Origin: Octopus bimaculoides
Taxonomy: Eukaryota
Assembly (NCBI RefSeq): GCF_001194135.2
Contig: NC_068988.1
Span: 27,789,782-27,853,781, forward strand
DNA length: 64,000 bases
Direction of reading: 5' to 3'
Part shown: positions 14,021-26,825 of the stretch, piece after piece
Position numbering within the stretch: position 1 is the stretch's first letter
Layout of the letters: every line of letters starts with the position of its first letter
The notes under the pieces: generated by a model
What the model was told of the DNA's origin: nothing
The model's input: the letters and a program-made list of their open reading frames with translations, nothing else
Database searches by the model: none
Made by a program: the position numbers and the translations under genes

Positions 14021-15058
14021 TCACATATTTCTTTATTTGATGATAACAAAGAGATGTGTTATGACACATCATTAGTCATGCGTATTGAACAATTTCTTTT
14101 TACCTGACTGCATATTCAGGAAGGTGTTCAACTGTACAAAGCAATGATGGAAGTCTCTTGGTTTTTTTCTATCTTTTCCCTTTACTTTATTTGTTTTTTG
14201 AAATGTTGTAAACATTATAATCAACAACAACACCAACAACAATAACAACAACGACAATTAAGTGCCCTTGCAGAGAGAAATCTCTGTGAAATAGACTTTC
14301 CGTACGTTGGAGATTCTTACTGAATATTGAGTTTGGATGCAATTTGAAAAGAATTACTTGACAAGCTTTATTGTCATCACAACAGAAAAATAAAGGCATC
14401 ATAAGTCAAAGTCTCTATGTGGTTGCTTAAGCTGCTACAAATAACAGCCAAACCTTTCATTAAATGAACCTATAGAGAATAAAGGAAGTGCAAGCATGAC
14501 TGTGTGGTTAAGAAACTTGTTTTGCAACCTCATAGTTTGGGGTTTAGTCTCACTGTGACACCTTAGTTGTCTTCTGGTATAACCCTGGGTCAAACAATGC
14601 CTTGTGAGTGAATTTCGTGGATGGAAACTGTGTAGAAGCTGATTGTCTATGTATGTGTGTGTGTGAGTGAGTGTGCATGCATGCGTGTGTGTATGCACTA
14701 AGGGAAATAGATAAAAGAAAATAACATACATGGTTGTAATCAACTGAAATAGAGATTCAGGAAATCGATTTTTTATTCGGCTTAAAGTGTTGTTTTTTTT
14801 AAGACAGCAGAAAATTTGAGTGGACAAATCTGTTTTGTGTGCTGCATTTACTACGTCCTTGTTGGAAAAAGAGTGACATGAAACAACTTTTTCATGGTTG
14901 CTGGATACCAAATAAGAAAGACAGAGAGAGTCTTTTGAATTCAACTTTATATAGCCAAAATGGCTGCCATAATACTGCTGTGTTTGGTTAAGAAAACTTG
15001 GGTGAAAAAACCATGGAGGGTCAGATTTTTGGTTTCATGATGTCATACCTGACTGTGG

Positions 15059-15480
15059 TGGAGGCACAATGGCCCAGTGGTTAGGGCAGTGGACTCACGG
15101 TCATAGGATCGCGCTTTCGATTCCCAGACCGGGTGTTNNNNNNNNNNNNNNNNNNNNNNNNNNNNNNNNNNNNNNNNNNNNNNNNNNNNNNNNNNNNNNG
15201 AATCGAAAGCGCGATCCTATGACCGTGAGTCCACTGCCCGAACCCTGCTGTACTCTTCCACCACAACTGTCTCTCACTCTTACTTCCTGTTTCTGTCGTG
15301 CCTGTAATTCAAAGGGTCAGTTCTTGTCACACTGTGTCACGCTGAATATCCCCGAGAACTGCGTTAAGGGTACATGTGTCTGTGGAGTGCTCAGCCACTT
15401 GCACGTTAATTTCACAAGCAGGCTGTTCCGTTGATCGGATCAACTGGAACCCTTGATGTCATAAGTGACGGAGTGCCAAC
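15059..15480 (+). mobile_element. SINE family B copy (gap inside)
   Basis: Head and tail match 13034-13415; possible TSD acctgactgt / acctggctgt. Confidence 0.85.
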
Positions 15481-15851
15481 ACACCTGGCTGTATGAGTTC
15501 ACTACACATTCTACCAACATAGAAAGGAAAGTACATTGGGTAATATGGTTCAGAAGGAAATTTCTACTTCGGTAAAAGAAAAGGTTTGTGATAATTGGAA
15601 CATTTGATCATTGACCTGTCTGCTTCGTTAAAGTTGATCAACGACAATTTTAATTATCATTCCTTATTTCTGTATTCTGAAGTAATCATAGCAAATAATG
15701 TTACCATTTTATTTCTGTAAGTCAACTGGAAAATTAATATTTTAGAATTTTTATTATATTTTTAATGATAATGATATCACAGTTTTGGTTTTCTTTGGAA
15801 ATCTTGAATAAAAGAAATATCAACTTTTTAAAAATACTGTTGAGTTACAGG

Positions 15852-15884
<33 letters not shown>

Positions 15885-16064
15885 CTTCTCTCCTTCTGTC
15901 TCTCTCTCACAAACACACATACACTTACATATGTGCCTCCACCACTCATGTATAAATCTATAAACTTGTTTACATATATATTTACAGGTGTATATGGTCA
16001 CATCATAAGAGACAAGACAAGAGAACTGAGAGGAAAGAAAACAGCAGAAAATGTGCTGTGTGTA

Positions 16065-16140
<76 letters not shown>

Positions 16141-16671
16141 TCAGATAGACAGATAGACAGACAGACAGACAAAGACAGAAAGGGGGAGTTATATCAAAGA
16201 TTCTCAACCAAACAAAGATCAGAATTAATCTCTTCTGAGCTAACACATTTCTTCAGGAGATTACACACAGTAATCAATAATTTTATGAAAACACTCATTT
16301 GTAAATTATAATATAAACAGTTTGGAAACAATCCATCTGATATTCCAAATGATTTCCAAATCTAGTTGAAATGGCATGAATTATTCAAGGCATCCAATTA
16401 AAAATTATTTCTCTCATTCACACCAACACAGAGTGCCAGAAAATACCAGGATATTTCAAAATACCATATCATCCAAAATACAAGTTGAATTTTTCAGACC
16501 AAATTTACAGCCACTTTCCCTCCACTTTCTGACAAAAATTTTAAACAAACACATAGGCCTGGGTTCAGTCCCACTGCATGGCACCTTAGGCAAGTGTCTT
16601 CTACTATAGCCTCAAGCCGACCAAAGCATTGTGAGTGGATTTGGTAGATGGAAACTGAAAGAAGCCCATCT

Positions 16672-16726
<55 letters not shown>

Positions 16727-17479
16727 NNNNNNNNNNNNNNNNNNNNNNNNNNNNNNNNNNNNNNNNNNNNNNNNNNNNNNNNNNNNNNNNNNNNNNNNNN
16801 NNNNNNNNNNNNNNNNNNNNNNNNNNNNNNNNNNNNNNNNNNNNNNNNNNNNNNNNNNNNNNNNNNNNNNNNNNNNNNNNNNNNNNNNNNNNNNNNNNNN
16901 NNNNNNNNNNNNNNNNNNNNNNNNNNNNNNNNNNNNNNNNNNNNNNNNNNNNNNNNNNNNNNNNNNNNNNNNNNNNNNNNNNNNNNNNNNNNNNNNNNNN
17001 NNNNNNNNNNNNGGGAAGGCTATTGAGGTCATGTGCATATTTTGAACATACAAATTTAAAATACAAAGAAAATACATAAAAATTGTATCGAAAATGTGCT
17101 TTAAAAAAATTTAAGTATATTCTTTGTCTATTTTTAGCTGCTGTTTTCACCTGCACCTTCTCTTACTCCTCCTCTGGAGAAATTTTTCATTTCACATTAT
17201 ACTAAATAGCTCAACATTATACTTACTTTCCATTTTCCCTCCACTTTTCGATAAAAATTTGAAACAGACATAATGTTTTTTATATTCAGTAACTTTTATG
17301 TCCGTAAATGTATAAATCAAGAGAATATTTCAAACAAAAATGTATTAAACTTCTTCCTATATAACAAAGAAAGCAAACTTTGTATGTGGTTGAGTCACAG
17401 GAACAATAAATCTTAAGATCACACAGGAAGTAGATTTTCTTGAATGCCTAGGAGGTGTTTGTTACCTAGGGGCTATGTT

Positions 17480-17960
17480 CTGGAAATATAGGAGCTAAAA
17501 TAAGTACAGGAAGGAGAACCTCTGTTGGTAACAAAAGGTCTGTCTGTCTGTCTCAAAGTGAAAAGCAGATTGTATGAGGTGTGTGTATAAATAACAATAC
17601 TATATAGTAGTGAGATATGGGCTTTGAATACAGAAGCCATGTGAAAAACTAGAGAGGAATGAAGTTAATATGCACTCTCGGATATGTACCATGAGTGTGC
17701 ATGTATAACAAAGTGCAAATATGCTGAGAAAAAAATTGGGTAAAAGAAGGATCGGATGTAGTGTGCATGAGAGAAGACTGCACTGGGATGGTCATGTGGT
17801 TTATTTAGATGAGCTGTATAAAGAAGTGCTAATCATTAGATGTGGATAGAGCTTGTGGATAGAGCTTGTGGAAGAGAGAGACACAGGAAGAAGACATTGG
17901 ATGAAGTAGTAAAGGCTGATTTCAAGATGCTGAACCTTACAAAGAACTGAGATGATTAGT
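17480..17960 (+). pseudogene. Degenerate RTE-clade LINE fragment (RT C-terminal region)
   Basis: Translation with frameshifts and stops gives LVTKGLS..KVKSRLYEVCV..ILYSSEIWAL...KLERNE...LRKKLG..RRLHW.GHV...GRGR.RKT.DEVVKADFKMLNL, the typical RTE RT tail. Confidence 0.85.
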
Positions 17961-18819
17961 GATTCACTTTGCTTGCGAAGATCCATTGTGAGGTCCCGAA
18001 AGCAATGTTTATGTTTGAACAATCACCGAGTCCTGTTTCAGCACCCAATTTTCCCCCATTAAGTCAATCCCCACTTCTCATCATCATAACAGCCACCTTT
18101 CTACTCTTTTAACTACAGCCCTATTCAACTGCCATAACAATATGTGGTTTCCAGTACTGCCTGACTGGCCCTCGTGCCGGTGGCACGTAAAAAGCACCCA
18201 CTACACTCTCGGAGTGGTTGGCCTTAGGAAGGGCATCCAGCTGTAGAAACCATGCCAGATCAGATTGGAGCCTGGTGTAGCCATCTGGTTCGCCAGTCCC
18301 CAGTCAAATCGTTCAACCCATGCTAGTATGGAAAGCGGATGTTAAATGATGTTGATGATGATGATGAATAGAATGTGTACATATACCCATCCCCTTTATG
18401 CTATTAGTTACCTCCTTTCTCTTTCCCCACCTTGGAACCACATGGCTGTGAAGCAAGCCATGTATGTGCCTCTATATATATCCTTTCTACTACAGGTACA
18501 AGGCCTGAAATTTTGGGGAAGGGAACGAGTCGATTACATGCACACTGACATTATCCATCCAATGGAGCATGCTAGCTTCATTTCTTTCAAGCCTTTGTAA
18601 GTCTTCTGTAGTCAAAGCCCATGTTTCACTGCCATGAGACATAGCTGTACATACACAGGCAATATAAGTCTGTCTTTCACTCTGAGGGAGAGGCCCTTAG
18701 TTACCACGAAAGATAGAAACTCTCTGAACTTTACCCAGCCCAGCTGATTCTTATCCTAGCAACTACACTTTCAGAACTTCCTCCACCACTACTAACTTGG
18801 TCTCCTAGGTAACAGAAAT

Positions 18820-18847
18820 ATGTGTGTGTGTGTGTGTGTGTGTGTGT

Positions 18848-18924
<77 letters not shown>

Positions 18925-18962
18925 TATATACATATATGTATATCTATCTATCTATCTATCTA

Positions 18963-19006
<44 letters not shown>
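18820..19006. repeat. Compound (TG)n/(TA)n/(TATC)n microsatellite; representative of many (e.g. 920-966, 13660-14015, 16065-16175, 50105-50306, 59720-59799)
   Basis: Directly visible simple repeats; most N gaps abut such tracts. Confidence 0.98.
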
Positions 19007-19009
<3 letters not shown>

Positions 19010-19401
19010 GGTGTAACAAGTAGATTGGGGCAAATTTCAGATGGGTATAGATTTTGTTGCAGTCTAAATCCGACCTTTCTTTCTTGGTTTGACTACCATC
19101 CGTGTAGCATCTCATATTTTTTCCCATGACTTTTATCTATGTTCCTGCCATAAGGCTTCTCTTCCACACATGCCAGCTTAATTTAATTTGTCCCTAGTCG
19201 AAAGACATCTGTTGTTAATGTCCTGTTGTTTGTATTTGTAATTGTGTACCATTTCCCCATTTTTTTTCTTTATATCCTTGTTTTCGTATACATTCGTTTA
19301 CTTTCTTCCAAAGAATCTAGTGCTCTTAACTTAGATTTCCTTCAGGCCAACCAGATTAGAGCAGTCTCGAGATTAACCGGCCAAAACTGCANNNNNNNNN
19401 N

Positions 19402-19445
<44 letters not shown>

Positions 19446-20961
19446 TATGTTCTGTTACAATAAAAAAAATTTACATTAATCCGATGGATTTCTCTATACT
19501 TTTGCAGAGTACAAATTTGTTATTTTTAAACAAGAATATTATTGTCCACCAGTGGCTTAGCTGGTCGAAACTTTGAAGTTACTGTCAATAATATTAAGTT
19601 AGATATAGCCTAGGCCAAACTTTGGCTGAAACATATCAAAGTTATAATTTAAGTTATTATATAAAATATATTCATGTATATTATATTTTAAACTTAGCCT
19701 GATACGCACAACATTTTCTTCTGACACATATCCTATATATGTTCCTCTTTTATTTTCTGCCTTCCCTGTTACCATATCTTACCTCACTTCAACCATTTTC
19801 ATTAGTTCATTTCATTATCTTTCATCGATAACGATACTCCACCCATTACAACTATTTGACTAATATCTTCTCTAATAACAGACTTTGAAAAGCCAGATTT
19901 GGCAAAACCTCAAAGTCAATGTCACCTTTCAAATATGTGTTTGTGTGTGTGTGTGTGTGTGTGCTTATGTGTGCATGTGCATGCTTATACACACACACAC
20001 ACATATATATCGTTAATCTTTTACTTGTTTTAGTCTTTGGACTGTAGTCATGCTTGGGCACCACTTTGAGGGATTTAGTTAAACAAATTGACCCCGGTAC
20101 TTATTTTAAACTCTGATACTTAATCTATCAGTCTCTTTTGCCAAACTGGTTAAGTTACCAGGATGTAAACAAACCAACACTGGTTGTCAAGTGGGGGGTA
20201 GGTGGGTCTGGCCTCACACACACACATTACATTTCCACACAGTTTCTGTTTAGCAAATTTACTCAGAAGGAATTGGTTGGTCCAGGCCTATAATAGAAAA
20301 CACCTGCTCAAGGTGTTGTGCCATGGGACTGAAACCAAAACCATGTGGCTGCAAAGTAAACTTCTTAACCAGACAGCCATCTTTGCGTATATTTAAAAAA
20401 TGTTTTAGAAAGAATTATTGATGTAGTCATAATATTTGAGGAAATATTTTCTGAAATTAAAACTTATTAATTATGATATAAAAAGAAATCTTAAAAGGAA
20501 ACTGAATGATGGAAGTCTTTTAGGAAGAAGCGTTCATAGTGTGTAAGTGCTTTTACTGTTTACAGCTTTTCAGAAACACATGTTATGGAGTAATCTGCAT
20601 AGAGGAAGCTATTTTTAGTAACAGTGTTGACTCTTCCTGGTTTAGTTTCAAACTTAGAATTCTTAAAGGTATTCTTCTTTTCTATGTTGTAGCTGATCAT
20701 TTTCTTCCTTTATTTGAAGAAAAGGAATATTCTTAATTCTAGACAAATATCTAGATTTTCGCATACATATACAAATATGGTGGACTTCCACATAGTTTCT
20801 ATCAAATTCACTCACAAGGTATTGTGAGTGAATTTGATTGGTCCTGGGCTATAGTGGAAAAGATCTGCTCAAGATGCTGTACTGTGGGACAACCAGAAAC
20901 CAAGTGATTACAAATCAAGCTTCTTAACCACACGACTATGCCTGTGCCTATGTTATCTATC

Positions 20962-21011
<50 letters not shown>

Positions 21012-22029
21012 GTATGTGTGTATGTATAGCTGGATGGATTGTGTGTGTGTCTTATNNNNNNNNNNNNNNNNNNNNNNNNNNNNNNNNNNNNNNNNNNNNN
21101 NNNNNNNNNNNNNNNNNNNNNNNNNNNNNNNNNNNNNNNNNNNNNNNNNNNNNNNNNNNNNNNNNNNNNNNNNNNNNNNNNNNNNNNNNNNNNNNNNNNN
21201 NNNNNNNNNNNNNNNNNNNNNNNNNNNNNNNNNNNNNNNNNNNNNNNNNNNNNNNNNNNNNNNNNNNNNNNNNNNNNNNNNNNNNNNNNNNNNNNNNNNN
21301 NNNNNNNNNNNNNNNNNNNNNNNNNNNNNNNNNNNNNNNNNNNNNNNNNNNNNNNNNNNNNNNNNNNNNNNNNNNNNNNNNNNNNNNNNNNNNNNNNNNN
21401 NNNNNNNNNNNNNNNNNNNNNNNNNNNNNNNNNNNNNNNNNNNNNNNNNNNNNNNNNNNNNNNNNNNNNNNNNNNNNNNNNNNNNNNNNNNNNNNNNNNN
21501 NNNNNNNNNNNNNNNNNNNNNNNNNNNNNNNNNNNNNNNNNNATATATATATATGTATGTATATATATATATATATATATATCATCATCATCATCATCAT
21601 CGTTTAACGTCCGCTTTCCATGCTAGCATGGGTTGGACGATTTGACTGAGGACTGGTGAAACCGGATGGCAACACCAGGCTCCAGTCTGATTTGGCAGAG
21701 TTTCTACAGCTGGATGCCCTTCCTAACGCCAGTACATATTAATTGCTAATTATTTGTTAAATTATAAAATGTATATTAATAAAAAGACATCAACCCACTT
21801 TTTATCCTTTTTATCATTGGAATTAAATTTTTTTTTTCAAATTTTCTCTTGTTAATTAGTTGAATTTTTCACATTTCATCAACAAATTACAATTATATAT
21901 TTTATAAAAACAAAGAAAACCGTAATTAAAAAAAAAAAGAAGCAAACTATATAACCGGACAACTTTTCAAACATGCTAACTCAGGTTCAATACAGGACGT
22001 ATTAACTTGTCCAGTTAAGTCGTTACATA

Positions 22030-22297
22030 AACGGCCGGAAGTGACGTTTATATAACAGCAGATGACTCAAACGACTGGCATAGCAGCCGAGTTGTTGTAT
22101 TGTCGATGTATGTAAATCTTGTCTCGACTATTTTAAAATTATTATTTTATTACTACCGGCGATATTTAAACATTTTTGTCTTTCCACAAGCTAAAATTTT
22201 CCTGTGATAAAGCTACCATTCGACGGCAGTGTTTGTCATTCGGATGGATATACCTTATGTATTGTAGTATGATTTAAAACTCTAATGCAAGGTGAGT
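22030..22297 (+). promoter_or_regulatory. Candidate Pol II promoter/first exon: overlapping ETS-CRE motif, TATA-like box, AP-1 site and two 5' splice donors
   Basis: gCCGGAAGTGACGTttatataa (22034-22055), TGACTCA (22063-22069), gat|GTATGT (22108), aag|GTGAGT (22292); the surroundings are CpG-retaining and repeat-free. Confidence 0.6.
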
Positions 22298-25200
22298 AAT
22301 TAATACGTTCATTCATTCTTTTTCTTGATTGAAATTCTTCGAATACGAATTTCCTCAAGTAAACCCTGACTGTATATAAGCGTGTTTTTTCTCTCTGTGC
22401 TGTGTCTGCAGATCATGTCTTGCGTACAACTTTCATTTACAAGAAGTAATTAACTTCATTATAGGATTTCTTTTACAGACGTGGTGGTGGTGGTGATGAA
22501 AGACTTACAAGTCATTAGTATTAGCCGTTTTGATAGCAAAGACAAAAAAATAGAATTTCCTGTCCATCAGAAGAGGTTTACAAGATTGAGTACCGAATAA
22601 GACATGTATTTCGTGATGCTTCCTATTTTTCTTTATGTATTAAGGTTATGCTTGTCATGGAAATGAAACTCAATACAAAGAAGCTGAGAATATATAATTT
22701 TGTATTAGTTATAGGAGTTCGAGGTATGAAACTCTAGACTGTTGAATAATATACTATCTGTCAGCTCACATAACATTTTATCTATCCACGTTACATACAT
22801 ATACTTTATAAACGCACACACACACATACACACTCGCGTTATGTACATATCACACACATATTGTATAATATATATATAATATAAATAATATATAAATATA
22901 TGCATATATACATACACATATGTACATACCTACATGTATATGTATATATACATGCATATATGGGTACACGACATACACACACACACACACACATATACAA
23001 AGGTACCGTTAATTCTATTATTATCCAATGTCACTAATTTNNNNNNNNNNNNNNNNNNNNNNNNNNNNNNNNNNNNNNNNNNNNNNNNNNNNNNNNNNNN
23101 NNNNNNNNNNNNNNNNNNNNNNNNNNNNNNNNNNNNNNNNNNNNNNNNNNNNNNNNNNNNNNNNNNNNNNNNNNNNNNNNNNNNNNNNNNNNNNNNNNNN
23201 NNNNNNNNNNNNNNNNNNNNNNNNNNNNNNNNNNNNNNNNNNNNNNNNNNNNNNNNNNNNNNNNNNNNNNNNNNNNNNNNNNNNNNNNNNNNNNNNNNNN
23301 NTATATATATATATATATATTTTGTCCGTAAACATAAATCGGAAAAAGAAGTACACGGACGATCCATAACGCTATATATATTACATGGGATTAGTCATCG
23401 CACTTCCTTTATTAAATTTACACCCAGGTGGAAACGAATTTGAGTACCTCACGGTTGAGACTTGTCAAAATCAAAATTTATTTCCGTTATAAATTATTTC
23501 AACATGTGTTTTATTATGGATCCGTTTCTGCTTTAAGCACACACTCACGCGCACTTACGTTTTCGTAATTAAGTGTTGTAAACCGTTTAAAATTTTCCCA
23601 CCTGTAGGCTACCACCTCGTGTAGAGTGATTCTTATTAAGCTGTTTCTTATTGAAATGCAAAATAAAATTAAATGACAATAAAATAACTGATAATGGGTA
23701 ACGACAAGCATTAATGAAAAATTATAGGAAAATAAAATGAAAATAAATCAACTTTTTCCAGTTATGCGTTTTATAAGTTTTTAAAATAGTTTGGAGTAAA
23801 TTAGGTGAAGCTAGTTTGTTTGCTCTTAAATTATGTGGGTGTATAAAAATCAAAGAATGAATTGACTGACGATAAAAATAATCTTTTCTTTATGTTTAAC
23901 CACTAACGGCAATTATATCGATCCATCATTCATCTGTGCAAGACATGACCGGTATAAGCAACAGTCTACATGATTATTGCTGTTGCCTAATCCAAATCAA
24001 TTTGATCAAGCAGGACTATGTTCTAAGGCATTCCAAATACGACCATCCTGTCTTTTTATGGTTGTATTGTATTCATCGTGACCTGTCTTTGTATAAAACT
24101 GTAGGATGCAATTTGAGGGAAATTTAGCTGCTATCGTTGCAAATCAAGCGAGTCATCTTCTTCATGCACTTAAAGTATTTCTAGTTTATTCTCTTAATCC
24201 ATTTTTAATATTCTTCATTCATTCTTTCCTTCGTTCATGTATATTTTGGTGCATGTATTTACTCACGGAATTTACCCCACCATTCTTGATGAAATAAATT
24301 AACTTTCTATATTTAGATACTTCTCGTCCGTGTTTAAGAGACATTTGTTTTAAGATACATATTTAGTACATACTTCATTTCAATGAATTTATTAAGTGGA
24401 AATATTCCGTGTTATTTCAGTAAGCACATTCATTGCTGTTGCCGAGCACTAATTGAACAGAAAATGAAATAAATTCAAGTATTATAAAGCCTTTTTTTGC
24501 CCCTGCACATTAGGATATGTTAACATTATTATTTATCCCATAGTAAGATTTTATATTTAAATTTCAGTTCCTCTAATTTATTCTGTGTTATGTATAATAG
24601 ATATTGTCGAACAGTGTATGCGTGTGTGTTTGTTTTTCTTGTATCGACTGCCTAGGACAATACGTTCAGTTAACTTCTATTTTTCTATCTTCTTTATTGA
24701 TGAATAGGAAGTAGATTAGAAAATCAAATTGATCCGACGAGTTCTGACTGATTAATTTAATCTATTTTCAATTGTAAAATAAATCCTATTAAATTTTTGA
24801 TTGTTTTCATACATTGTAATCTTACCCATCGACGATTTTTTTTTTTTCGTTTCGATATTGCACTTCGAGAAAGAACATGCCTTATTATTTGTTTATTCAT
24901 AGTTGACAAGCTATCTCTTACTCTTACAAATATATATTTCTAAATTTTTCACAGACCACGAAACCCCTGTAACAGCCTTCTGAGCAGACGTCCCATGTTA
25001 TGGGGAGAGAAAGTGAAAGTACATTTGACGGAAATACTTTTCAGTGTGTTTTTTTTTTTAAGTTCAAATCACTAGAGTCGTAATGCCTCCTTTTACTTTC
25101 ATCTCTGTGTGTCGATAAGGCCAGAGTTTCGGAAAAGCTATCATTTCCTCATAGGGGAGAAAAAGATTAAGCAACTGGGTCTGTTTTCCTTCAGTTATTT

Positions 25201-26345
25201 TTCTTTTTGTATCCTTGGGTTTCATATAACGGGAGTTATAATACTGAAAGAATTTTACAAAAATTTCAATTTTTTTTTCTTTTTTTTAGATTTCCTCATA
25301 TGCTATTCCAAACTCCGCTAGCATAGGTACCAGTTACATAACTAACTACAGGGACAAACTGGAAACGAACCTAAGTTTTCAACACAAAAATGCAAACGTC
25401 ATTATGGTTATCTTTCTCTTCAACTTAACTTGTGTTGTATTAGAACACAGCATCCAAATTACGGTTAATTCAGCGTATCCGAAACCTCTGGAATTCTGCC
25501 GATGTCACAAGCAATATTTTAGAATTCTCGCTAAGTTACAAGAACGATTGTTTGGAATTATTTTTTTGTCAGTGTGTGTAACACACACATACACATTAAC
25601 AAGTGGACACAGAAACAGATCACTATACGAAGTTATTTATGGCCCGACTCCCAGGTCTAATTTACAATAAATTCAGTGATTTGATTCTTTTGGCATTTAC
25701 TTCTCCTTCGAGTTGGTGACTGAATGTCATAAATTATGCTTCTGAATGACTTGTCGATATGTTAATGCTGCAAAGATATATATTAATTAACATTAATTTA
25801 TTTGTTGTAAGCCTTACCATAAACTATAAGTTAATCTTAAATGGAAATATAATGATAATAACAAACAAGACCTTCAATTTATTCAGTTATGCCATTTACT
25901 CATTACCCCCTAGCATTCCTGTCATGTCTCGAATGAGTTCTCTGAATGGCGATATAAAGCTGTCAGCATTTATTTATATATTTTATTGATCATATCTGTT
26001 GCTGCAGAGAAAATATCGGTAGCCATGTTGCACGTGTATTGGTTTTGTTTGGTTCTGTCCAGTGAACAGCATTATTATGTACACAGAGACATCTCAAAAT
26101 AGGTCCCTCATCGATTTTATTTCACACCTGGCTTCTCTAAATATTTTCTCAACACGTGCTAAAGTATCTTCACTCTAATATCATTTACAAAGTACTTTAA
26201 ATGTTCGTTCACCCTTCCTTAGTCGTATTTGCTTTCCAAAAACTAAATGGCTTCTTACAAACTCAAAGAATATATAACCGTTCTTTTAGTACTTGTCACT
26301 CCCGTTTTGGTATTTGTTAGTTATGAACTTACCATTAAGACTAAT

Positions 26346-26431
26346 TAGTAGACTATTTGGCACTACTTAAATATAGAGGTCCCGAAGGGTTAGTTTTTAG
26401 GAACCTCTGTATTTAAGTAGTACTGACTACT
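26346..26431 (+). ncRNA. Candidate pre-miRNA-like hairpin
   Basis: 19-bp stem 26362-26380 / 26403-26421 with a single G-U pair, a ~17-nt loop and basal pairing agtag/ctact. No match to a miRNA I recognise. Confidence 0.4.
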
Positions 26432-26489
26432 TTATATCTTAAAGCTGGTAATCTTCCAGTTTCGAGAGGTTAAAAAAGTAAATAAAATA

Positions 26490-26825
26490 CAAGGGAAATA
26501 ACTGAACGTCTTACCAGTATTATCCGTACTACTTTGTTTATAAAAAATCACGTGATTTGATTGACGTTAACTGTTTATATGTAAATCACACATGTGATTG
26601 AATATCATAGTTTCTTATGAGAAATCGAAAATGCCTCGTGGAAGACCGGCTGCACAACATCTAACCCTAACCCTAAACTTTTATAAAAAAAAAATTCCGT
26701 CGCATGCTGTTTGTAAAAAGAAAAAAAAACATTTTAAACTTTTATAAAAAAAAATTCCGTCGCATGCTGTTTTAGAGAAAAAGCAGTACGGATAATACTG
26801 GTAAGTCATTCAGTTATTTCCCTTG
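26490..26825. mobile_element. MITE with 41-bp TIRs, an internal (CCCTAA)-type repeat and an internal tandem duplication; superfamily not assigned
   Basis: caagggaaataactgaacgtcttaccagtattatccgtact (26490-26530) versus the reverse complement of 26785-26825 (3 mismatches); ctaaccctaaccctaa at 26661-26676; a ~39-bp unit repeated at 26674-26712 and 26735-26772. Confidence 0.85.

Noticed and set aside
15085-15239. 40-bp inverted duplication of the SINE head (15200-15239 is the reverse complement of 15085-15124)
   Set aside because: It directly abuts an N gap; a misjoin cannot be excluded, so it is not claimed as a real inversion.
19007-19391. CpG-bearing segment between (TA)n tracts starting TA|CAGGGTGT
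   Set aside because: It is probably a repeat fragment, but there is no second copy, partner TIR or ribozyme core in the window to support a classification.
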